A program made the translations under genes and the position numbers. 64,000 nt of DNA, from positions 5,248,344 through 5,312,343 of the forward strand of contig MU058844.1 in assembly GCA_013265495.1 (NCBI GenBank), given 5' to 3'. The stretch comes from Vicugna vicugna. Its lineage: Eukaryota. The notes beneath the pieces are model-generated. The model did not search any database and had not been told where the DNA came from. It saw only the letters and a list, made by a program, of their open reading frames with translations. Position 1 is the stretch's first letter; each line of letters starts with the position of its first letter. Below are positions 53,203-64,000 of this stretch, one piece after another.

Positions 53203-54361
53203 ACAATAGAATCAAAATAGGAAAATAATTTTGTAGTTTTAATATTATGAATATTTTGCACACATTAGTGACATGTTAAGCAATATACATATCCCTTAGA
53301 TTTTTTAAGGTGTCTTTTGCATGTGGATTACCTTCCCAATTTCCTTATTACAGCTACATCAGTGTTTATTTACTTAAAAAAAATCAAGTATTTATTCTTT
53401 GAGAGCACATTGTTAATTAGGATGTTTTGGAAATTTTCAACTGATGCTATGGGTAGTGTATTTTGCCAGTAAGATTGAATTTGAAATGGTTGGGATAATA
53501 ACTAAAACTTCCTATAATCATATTAATACATTTAGAATGATAACTTGGTAGTGCACATATAGTTAAAATGAAGGATTGTTGGTGCTTAGAGCCTAACTAG
53601 AGAGCATAAACTCTTTGATGATCACTATTTTTTATTTCTTACCTTTCAAAATTGACGTGGTGATTCCAGGTTTAGCATATTCATTTAACCAATTATGTGA
53701 TTCAAATTCGATAATGTGAAAACTGCAAAGTGTTCTCTAGGGTCACTGACATATCTGCTTGTACAGCTTCTAGAGATAGCTTCCACATTTGAGAACTTTT
53801 GGATGACTTTCTAAAGGCCTTTATATATTGTTTATAGCCTGTTGAATTTTGAAAACATGCTAGAGAACTAGAAGCAGTTTAACAGTTTCTATGCCCCTTG
53901 TGTATTTTGCACGGCTATTTTCAGAAGATTGAATGAGATTTTCCCTTATATACGATGCTTCTTCACTCTGCTGGTGCTGAAGAATACAATTGACCTTGCT
54001 CTTTTAAGTACAATATAGCCAGCTATCGTTATGAAGTAATTTTATTTTCTCATCAAATTTGCTGCTCTGCAGTATGTTTAGTGACTACCAAATCCCTGCT
54101 CTGGATTCTTAATTGCTCTTTGTTTATAACTGTCTTATGTCATATCATATTTTGCCTTGTGTACAGTTATTTCCCATTTGATCAATTTTAAGCTTTCTTA
54201 CTGAATTGTTTCTAAGATCTTACAGGAATAGTTAGTATGTTTCTTATTTTATTACCTGGAGTGCCTTAACACAATGATTCAATATAATTATTAAAATTTT
54301 TGTCTGACTGGAATATACTATGTAAACATATTGATAGTTCCAGTTTTTTTCCATAGATGAA

Positions 54362-54520
54362 AGCATAGTATGGTTTGATGAAAGGAGTACTAAACTAAGA
54401 ATGTTCATTCTAGATCTGTCACTGACTTTGGGGAAGACAAAATACTAGGAAATAAAGAAGAAGGGGTTGAAGTACATGATCTCTAATGTTCTTTCACAAA
54501 TTTAAATTTATATAATTTTA
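54362..54520 (+). mobile_element. MIR (MIR3/MIRc-like) remnant
   Basis: Contains AGCATAGTATGG..GAAAGGAGTACT..GGGGTTGAAGTACATGATCTCTAATGTTCTTTC. Confidence 0.55.
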
Positions 54521-56227
54521 AGATATTCTTCTGAAACATATCACTACAGCCTTAAAGACAGGCTAAAAAAATCTCAGAAAATACTATGAAATGGTTTGTC
54601 TAGAAGCTCTCCAGCTCTCCCCTCAGTCATTCGGCAGTATGGAAGAATGTACTGTTTTCATGGTTATCACACTCAGCTTTCTCACTCATCTGGGAGAAGA
54701 TCCAATAAAGTTGGCTATTGGTGTATAACTTTAACATTTTTTCCCCTCTCTCTATAGTAAAATAAACCTTTGCATAACCCAAGGATTCCTGCTCTATAAT
54801 AACAAGAAATTATTCCATGTGTGTCCTTTGACCTTGAGCATGGCCTTGACAGCCTTTTATTTGAAATTATGTTATTTTGCCTACATGAAGTTCATAGTTT
54901 TCTCTTATACATTTGTACTTTTTTAACTTTGAAAACTGGCTCAAATATTTTTTGAATCATGAAAGAACATAGATCATGAAAATAATAAATTTTTGAGATT
55001 TACACTGGAATGTTGTGTTTTGACAACAAAAAAATGCTGTAACTGTCACTTTAAAATTAAAGATATTGTTTAATATCTTTCATAACTGACTTAAAAGCTT
55101 ACATCTAACACAAACCTTATTGATATATAAACTATTTAAATTATTTTATTTGTACCCAGGAATGTATAAAAGTATTCTTATATGACATATATGCATTCAG
55201 CAGTTCTAAAAGCCAGAAGCAACTCATGTCATTTGAACTGGAAATGTGTTGCCACAATTTTCTCTCTATATATATGTTTATTTTAATTGAGGCAATGTGT
55301 TGTTTATTTTTTATATGGTTCTTTAATAGTTTATATACCGGCACAAGGAGTATCAGTCTGGCAATGGAGTTTAAGTGTTCTCTCAAATTGTATTTACCTA
55401 TCTCGTAAACTACTTAACACTAATTTAAAAATGCTTCTAAGTAGTTTAACAATTTTTAAAAAAACAGTTTCTGACAAAACAGTATATTGTTTATAATAAA
55501 ATCAAACCCTCTTGAATCAAAGATGTCAGTTCTAATAGGATTAGTATTACATTTTTCTCAAGACTTTTTTAAGTACCCTATTTTCATGGAAATCAGTAAT
55601 AATTCATGAATAGGTAACTGGGCGGAAGCTCTTATCTTTAGTGTTTGACTATAAAGGGTAAGTGAGAAACTCATTTATTTAGGAAGAACAAAATATAGTT
55701 TGCTAATCCTACTGAGTTTTTTTTTTTTCAAAGTCAGGTTTCACATATTTAAAGAATTTTGACATCTCATGTCTTTTGCCTTAAGCTATGTGTGAGGTTT
55801 CTGTCATTGACTCTATTGATGGAGTCTTTGAAGTATTAATATTTCACCTTCCTAGAATCCTCCAGATACTTGCATTTATGCTTTTTAGTCCAGATTATGA
55901 TGTATAACATGAAATGCTGTCAATTTTAATATAATTATCAAGAATATTTCACCTTGAATGAAACAAAAAAAAAAAGATAACTAATTTTTACTTAGTCAAA
56001 TTACTTTGAATTTACAAATAAACAAAAAAGAAAGTTTACTTTTAGGAAATAACAGAATGAAAGTTCTTTCATATAGATTTTAATTTGTAATATTATTATT
56101 AATTCCAAGGCCTATCATTGACTCTCTTGTTTTCAAATATATTCTCACATTATTTTTATAATGATTTTTAAAATTCATTTTCCACTGAAAATATCTTTTA
56201 AAATAAATTTGTTACAATTTTTGAACT

Positions 56228-58110
56228 TTAAATTGTGATGAATTAGCATAAATTTGCCATCTTAATCACTTTTTGTATATAGTGCAGTAGTGTTAAGTAC
56301 ATTTGTATTGTTGTGCAACCAATATCCAGAACTCATTTCATACTACAAAACTGAAATTCTGTGTGTTTGTATGTATAGGCTCCATATATTTTTATATATA
56401 TACAAGGAATTATATACACACATATATATAGATTATATATTCATATATATAAAATTCCTTACATGTATATGCATATTTCATATATAAAAAATTCCTTATA
56501 CATATATGCATATTTCATGCATATATTCCTATCATAGAGACTGGAGGGAGATATATCCTTAAGGTGTTAACAGTAGTGGAATTTATGCATTATTCTTCTT
56601 ACCCTTTATATTCAAATTTTTTTTTACAGTAAGTGTTAATTCTTTTCTGTTAAAAAAATACAATAACACTTTTGTTTACATTTAGACATCTACATTCTTA
56701 ATACAAGAAACTTAATGTTTCATCCATGTTGTAGCATGTGTCAGAATGTCCTTCCTTTTTAAGTTTACATAATATCCCATTGTATATATATTCCATATTT
56801 TGTTTACCTATTTATTCATCTTTTGATGAGTAGTTGGGTTGCTTCCACCTTTGGTCTATTTTGAGTAATGCTGCCATGAACATGAGTATACATATATCTG
56901 AGTACCTTTCAGTTCTTTTGGGTATATATCTAGAAGTGAAATTGCTAGATTACATGTTAATTCTATTTAAAAATTTTTAAGGATCTGTCATACTGTTTTT
57001 CATAGCAACTGGACTATTCTATACACCTATTAACAGTGCATAAGAATTCTCCATATTATTGCTGATACTTGTTTTCTGTTTTTCTGATGGTAGCCATTCT
57101 AATGAGAGTGAGATGCTATCTCATTGTGGTTTTGATTTTCATTTCCTTAGTGGTTAATGATGTTGAACATATTTTCATATGCTTATTGACTATTTGTATA
57201 TCTTCTTTAGAGAAATATCTATTCAAGATCTTTGCCTGTTTTTGAATTGGATTGTTTGCTTTTTCATTTTTGTGTAGTAGGAGTTCATTTTATATATTAT
57301 AGATATTAACTCCTCATCCAATATAGAATTTGAAAATATTTTCTACCATTTCATGAGTTGTCTTTTCTTTCTGTTGATTTTGCTATTTGATACATAAATT
57401 TTTAAGTTTTACATATTTCAGTTTATCTATTTTATTTTCTTGGAGATGCTTTTATTATCATACTCAAGAAATCACTGACTAATCCAATGTCATGAAGCTT
57501 ACCCCTATGTTTTCTTCTAGGAGTTTTATAGTTGTGACTCTTACATCTAGGTATTTGATCCATTTTTGAGTTAATTTTTGTATATTGTATATTTGTTCAT
57601 CTTCACTCTTTTACATGTGAACATCTAGTTTTCCCAACACCATCTGTTAAAAAGACTATCTTGTCTCTGTGGACAAGGGTGCCATGGTCTTGATACCCTT
57701 GTCAAAAATCAGTAGACAGTATAGATAAGAGTTTGTTTCTGTGCTGTGTATGCTATTTTACTAATGTCTATTTTTATGCCAATACCATACTATTCTGATG
57801 ACTGTGGGACGTCCAGTTTTAATTTTTATTTTCAAGACTTCTATTTGCATTCCCTTGAGTTTTGGTATGAACTTTAGGATAGATTTTTCTGTTTTTGAAA
57901 AAAAAAAGCCATTGGGATTTTGACAGGGATTGCATTGAATCTGTAGATTGCTTTTGGTAGTATTGATGTCTTAACAATATGAAGTATTCTAATCCATGTA
58001 CACAGGATTTCTTTCTATTGATTTGCATCTTCTTTAATTTCTTTCAGCAACACTTTGTATTTTTTTAGTATACAAATCTTTCACCTCATTGGTAAAGTTT
58101 GTTCCTAAGT
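56228..58110 (-). mobile_element. LINE-1 (L1MB-like), interrupted at about 56362-56711
   Basis: 3' end CATAAATTTGCCATCTTAATCA..TTGTTGTGCAACCAATATCCAGAACT. The element resumes at TTCATCCATGTTGTAGCATGTGTCAGAAT and continues as antisense ORF2 to about 58110. Confidence 0.9.
56370..56530. repeat. (TA)-rich low-complexity tract with an imperfect duplication of about 38 bp
   Basis: ATATAAAATTCCTTACATGTATATGCATATTTCAT occurs twice with small changes. Confidence 0.85.
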
Positions 58111-59444
58111 TAAATATTTATCATATGTTTTTAATGTAAGTCTGTATTTCTCTTCATACAATGCTTGTATGAAGCTATGCTGAAAAATAAATTAATACTC
58201 TTTCTAAAATATTTATATGCTAGACTTATGTCTCTTTTATTTACAAGCAAGATATTATGTCTGTGTCCATTTCTTAATTTTATCATGTTGCAGCCATCCC
58301 TTGTGTTGTAAGGTCAGTCATCCTAATAAATTATTAAGGATACATAACTTATTAAAATTTAAAAATCTATAAATGTTGAACTGATTTTGTTATAAAATAA
58401 GCCACATTTTTGGACTGCTACAGATAAATAAAATCAAACTAAAAGAAAATTAATTATTTAAAAAATCACAGAGAGTGGCAAAATAAATAAATCTCCTTTC
58501 TGATTATTGCTATTAACAATAAGTTTTGAATGACAATTTTAATTTTGCTGTATACTTAGTTTCTTTAATATTTTAATCAAAATTGTAACTTGGGGGAAAA
58601 AAGTATTTTTCAGTAGAATTTGCAGGAAACCATCAGTTCAACAAGAAGAAAACAAAAATTTATAAGCCGATGTCTATGTAGACCTACATCACACTATTCA
58701 ATGCACATCAAAAGCAACTCCTTTCCAGACTTAGTTTTACATCATGTTAATTAAATAAATATGAAAATGAGAGTGTCAATCAGTTGGAGAAAATTTTAGG
58801 ATACTTCTAAAAAGTAAGGTAGTTTCATAGTTTTTTTTTTTAAAGATAGCAGGAGATTAGAAAGAATGAGATAAGGGAGAAATGGTGCAAGACTAGAGAA
58901 CAGAAAGAATGAAGAAAATAGAAATAGAAAAATAAACAGAGAAAAATATGAGAATAAATAGGAAGGAAAAAATAGAGAAACAGTAAAAGTGAGACGTAGA
59001 AGGATGTAAGTGAAAGTATTGGGACAAAATAGGTGACAAGGGAAGAACTGAGACATAATATCCACAACCAGCTCAAAAGACATAGATATACAGGAGCATA
59101 CAGAAAATGAAAATCAGAAGTAAATTGTTAAGGAAGAGAGAGAGAAGAAGAGAGGAGAGGGGATGGGCGGGGAGGGAAGAAGAGATTCCAGAAGAGAACA
59201 TATATTTTACCTGAGAATTGACTTCATTGAGATGGTCACCAAACCATTACTTAAGAGCCAAGCAATAACTCAGAGAACAAAATTGACTATGATGCAATCA
59301 GGATGGTTTCAAAGAGAAAATAATATTTAACAAAAATATTCCATGATATAAAGGATTTCTTTAGTTACATAGTTCTGGTGAGAAATTCTAACTAGAAGGA
59401 ACAGCATGTACAGAGGTTTTAGAGGTAAAATCCAGTAATGTGGT

Positions 59445-59692
59445 TTATTAGTCTTGTTTTCTTTACTTGGAATCTGGTCAGGGTAAGTGTCCATTGAGAA
59501 AGCTATACAGTCAGATCCAGCAGTTGGGAAAGGTCATTGTGGGGATGTGCCCTGTGAGCTGGACCTGCACAGTCCAAGGCTCCTCACCTCTCCCTGTCCT
59601 TGAAATGTACCTTCTCCCCAGTGTTCCCACAGTGGGAGCTGTTTCCAGGGATGCAGTCTTGAGAGAGTAGTGTGTTGTTCAGACCTTCTGAA
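59445..59692 (+). mobile_element. ERVL LTR fragment (MER74/MER73-like)
   Basis: Contains CCTTGAAATGTAC..GGGATGCAGTCTTGAGAGAGTAGTGTGTTGTTCAGACC. Confidence 0.5.
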
Positions 59693-59949
59693 ATAAGAGG
59701 TACTGATGGAGAAAATTACTTCAAACAGGTAGATAAGTAAAAGATTCTTACCATTATGTAGGTAAGAAATAATGAAAGCTAGAAATAATGCCATGAAAGC
59801 TAGAAATAACAAAAGATGTTTAAAGAAGGTAGAAGTAATGGATAACAAACTGCAGAAATAAAGGAAGAAGGCATAAATAGTATGACTGCTAAGTGTCTAG
59901 CTTGGCTAACTCGGTGTGTGGTCATGATTTTTACCTGACTGGCATGACA

Positions 59950-60450
59950 TGAAGAGTGATCTTTCTGTAAATGCAAATCAGATTATTTATCTTCCCCATT
60001 TAGGAACCTTCAAAGATAATTCCAGACTCCTTTATATAGCATACATAACTCATTATCTCTCCAGACACTTCTCTTTCAGTGCCCTTTATACCTCACTCTA
60101 CAGTCCAGCCATACTGAACTACTTTCACTTATCCAAACGTAATATGCATGTTTTCCTTAGGGCTTCCTTCTCAGTGCCTGGAAATATTTCCTACCCTTTT
60201 AACCAAGGCTTACTTGGCCTTTTCTAAATGTTACTTCCTACAAGAAACAATTCCTAATACTCCAAGATTAGTTTAGGTATCACTCATATACAATTGCATA
60301 TGGTCCTGAATTTATCACTGCAATGTAGTGTTAGTAAAATCGGGACTATCTCAGTGGAGATAGACACCTGAAATTCTTGAAGTGTGCTTTGCCTAGTTCA
60401 CTACTGTAATTATCTGTTACATTAACTGGAATGCTGAGTGCACATTTGAG
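59950..60450 (+). mobile_element. L2 fragment
   Basis: Contains AGAGTGATCTTTCTGTAAATGCAAATCAGATTAT..TCCAGACTCCTT..TCCAGCCATACTGAACTAC..TGCCTGGAA..AATGTTACTTCC. Confidence 0.75.
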
Positions 60451-63400
60451 CAATGTAGTTGGATTTTCAATCAACTGTCAGTTATTAGATATACTAGCTT
60501 TTATCCTTTTTCTTTGGCTTTATTTATCTTCACTAAACACCTTGGTCATTTTAAAAATGGCAGTTGAGAGTGACATATAGCCCTCTTCCCTCTCTCCCTT
60601 CTTTTCTTCCTTCCTTTCTCCCTTCCTTTCCTTCTTTTTCTTTCATGGTCTCTGAAAATCTGCTGGGTAACTATAGTTCCCAACTTGGATGCTGAAGCTG
60701 CTTCATTCCAGCTCCCTTATGTTTTTCCCCAGCAATAGCTGCAGAGTTGCCACTTCTGAAGAGGGAGAAGGGCTGGAGGCATTTGCTGTGTGGTATTTTG
60801 TTCTGTTTCTCCTCTTTCTTCCCCCTCCTCCCCCTTCCTGAGTAAAGTGATCTGCTTTAGCTACAGGGTGTATGGAGGAAAAATAAAATTTGATTTACTT
60901 TTTCTGTTGTCTCCAGATGATTATACTGTCATTGCCTCCCTCACAATGTGTATACCCTGTTTTTGTTGCGGAAGCAACAATTTGTTTATGTATCAAACAA
61001 TCAGACATGGGCCATTATAAAACACCATGTAGAAAGGCATAGAAAGATAAGATTGGGTTTTTCAGCCAGCATTTTAAAAAATGTACATATACTCATGGAT
61101 TATGACGCTTTTAAATGCTCTTCTTGATAATGAAAACATTGTTTCATGTAGAAAATTCAAGTAAAGAATTGGATCTGAAAATTTTGATAACTCTTTTTTG
61201 TGTTTTATGTGTTGTCAGTATGCCAAATAGAATGTTCTAAGTCTCAAATCCAAAATATTATTAAAATTATTTTTAAAAACCCGATTTAGGGGACAATTTT
61301 CATATCACAACATATCATTCAACTGAAATAGAATTAAAAATAACTTGTTTTTATTTAGAAGGGAATAATTTATGAAGCTTGGTTTTATTAGAAACATCTT
61401 ATTTTCTTTAGGAGGCTATTCAAAGAGACAGTGTTTATGTTTGTGATCACATATTTGGAATCTACATTCCCTTTTTTATTTTTATATAACTTCTGCATTT
61501 TAACTAATGTTTTAAAAATATATACTTCTAATGGAACTTCTAATGGAATTATAATAAGTGATTGTTAATAAAAAGTTATTTATATAGAAATACTGCAGTT
61601 TAAAACAAAACCTTCTACATATTATAAAATGCAATAAAATGGCTTTAGGACCTAAGTAGAAAATTTCCTGTACATAAATGGTCATTAAAACTGCAAAAGG
61701 AATGTGATTTAACATGTCAGCTGAAAACTTTACAATGTTTCTCTCAGATAGAAATGTATATAGCATGATAGTATGGATTCTAGACTGTAGTTTGAAAGAA
61801 AGCAATGGTGAAAATGAATTTCATGCCAGTAGACACTTTAAAAACTAGATATAGCAGCAGTCACATTAGCTTAGATAATGGGAGAATTTTTCTTCATTGA
61901 AAATGCTCTGTGTCGCTTAAGAAGAACTTACTGAGGCAGCCTGCCATCTAGCTTTTTCACAGAAAAACAGGCTTACAGACTGCAGATGAGAGAGTCTGGA
62001 GCAGAGACAATTTTAACTTAGCCATTCCTAATTTATCTCAAGCATATTCAATTCATCTTCACTGCTCTATGCACACAGGAACACCAGATTGCCGTCCCTG
62101 GGGAACAGAATGCAACCGGGGATCTAGAGAGCTGTCACATTCCAAGAAATATTTAAATTGTGCTGATTTTCTTCTGGAGAACTGAGCCCAGGGAATGAAA
62201 CTCTCCATCAAGTCAGAGCTTTGCGGGCAATAGATCAGAAGATATTGCCAGTTTTCTAATGGATTATTGTTATCGGGCAGGTTTTCTCTGAAGGTACGTA
62301 GTCATTTTCTCAATTCATTACCCTCTTCTATTTATCAGGTAATGATCTAATGAGCTGGGGATCCAAACCTGTAAAAAAAGAGAAAGATGTTAAGTAGTTG
62401 GTATTGACTGAAGAATGACATCTTATTACTGCATGTTTATAGGTGAATAATCTGATTCCTTTACTGAAGATTAGTAGGGTATAGTTTGAATTGCATTATC
62501 AGCAAAAACAGGCAAAACCAAAACAAAACCGTGCTGCAGGCTGCATTATCATAAGTTCATATTAATTCTCTTGAGGATTTTCTTTTGTAGCTGCAATATA
62601 TACTGAAGGGAAAAACAGATTTTGAAAACTCACTTAACCTTATATATGTTTTAATCTTTTTACATAATCATGATATTTTCTCCATACATTCCCAAATACA
62701 AAACTTTGTCTCAAATGCTGTTATTAATTTTGGTGTCATTGATGTTTATGATATATGAATGTATGAATGACAAAAGTATTTAAAGAAACTCCAGTAGGAG
62801 CCTGGCAGCTCTTTATTTTTGAGTTCGGAATAATCTTACTAAAATAAGTGGCTACAGTTTTAGTTAAATGTGCATACTATAAAGATGTACTGTTCAACTT
62901 TGTTCTGTGACATGAAACCCTCCATACATCTATAGAACTACACGAAACTATTTAGCGAAGTAAAATGTTAAAAGCTGATAAACTTCTGAATGCTAACTGA
63001 ACCAACACAAATAGAGAAAGCCTTATCCTAAACTGGAATTTAGCTTATTATACCTATGATATATTAGAACAGGAAGAGGTGACTTCTGTGTGTATTTCCC
63101 AAAAGTTAAAGATGTGTTTCTAAGGGGATGTTCTGTGTCAGAGTGAGTAGGGGTGTGAGACAGAAACCAAGCACATTGCTAGTCACAATGAGTTTAGGAA
63201 AACTGAGGAAATATTTTAGAATGGGATATTGGGGCTTTAGATGCTTCTCAGTGTTTTATTATTGTGTAAATAGACTCAGTAAAACCTACTGTGGTACTGG
63301 TATTTTTCCATGTCAAAAATGACTGTTAGGATAGGTAGAGTAGCCAGTACGTGTGACCTGGAGCGTGGTGTACCTGCTGCTGTATTTGGCCTGGAACACA

Positions 63401-64000
63401 GACTTGTGGAACCATTAATGGGTTAATCACAGGCTCAGGAGAGGAAATGGTGGCTGAGCTTCACAAGAGCACTTGTTAAATGTGTTCTAATTTCTTTAGA
63501 GTATTTGAGAGACTATTAGAAGAATAAAGGAGATGGAGAAGAAAGACTGAGTACCCAAACAGTAACTTAAAGTGCATTCTCTCTTATCCTCAGAGGGATT
63601 GTAAAAGGCAAAAAAATGGAAGAGAGGAAGGAGAATAGAGTCCTCAAAGAGTCCTTTAAGTGCTGCTTTTTTCATGAATCTTACAAGAACTGAGGAGCAG
63701 GAGTTTAAAATCAAGGTTTCCCTATGGATTCCTCCATTTCACATGCTTTTTCTCTCCTTCATAGAACATTTTCCCTCCACTCACTTAACAACAACAACAA
63801 AAAAAGTCAGCTTGCTCACAGCCTTTCTCCCCAATAACTTGTAGCTCTAATTTAAATCTACAGAAGTGTGCTCTCTGAAACTGTATTCACTCCTGAGAGT
63901 CTGAGTTTTACAGTCCAGTGACTTATGAATGCCAAAGGATAAAGTGATTTAACATCTTTCATCTTTTTTTTTTTAAATTATTATCACAACTGGCTCTTCT

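Noticed and set aside
59772..59810. Short two-copy tandem duplications (also near 26990 and 61526)
   Set aside because: Ordinary slippage duplications with no sign of function.

Overview
This is AT-rich, CpG-depleted eutherian genomic DNA, read as a large intron or gene desert. Two tRNA-derived Vic-1-type SINEs point to a camelid. I found no convincing host protein-coding exon, RNA gene, CpG island or prokaryotic-type system. Much of the window is transposable-element fossils: L1s of several ages, L2, MIR, MaLR/ERVL/Gypsy LTRs, Tigger and MER5. The long ORFs in the track are L1 ORF2 remnants or chance ORFs. The most notable object is an apparently end-to-end, decayed hAT-Tip100 DNA transposon at about 34.6-38.4 kb on the minus strand. 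It has MER97-like termini and a still-readable transposase, which the ORF track misses. Other points of interest are nested and inverted insertions, two L1s with deletions filled by foreign DNA, two candidate non-coding exons and several enhancer-like blocks. Repeat family names come from recalled consensus sequences, not a search. Boundaries of old repeats are approximate.
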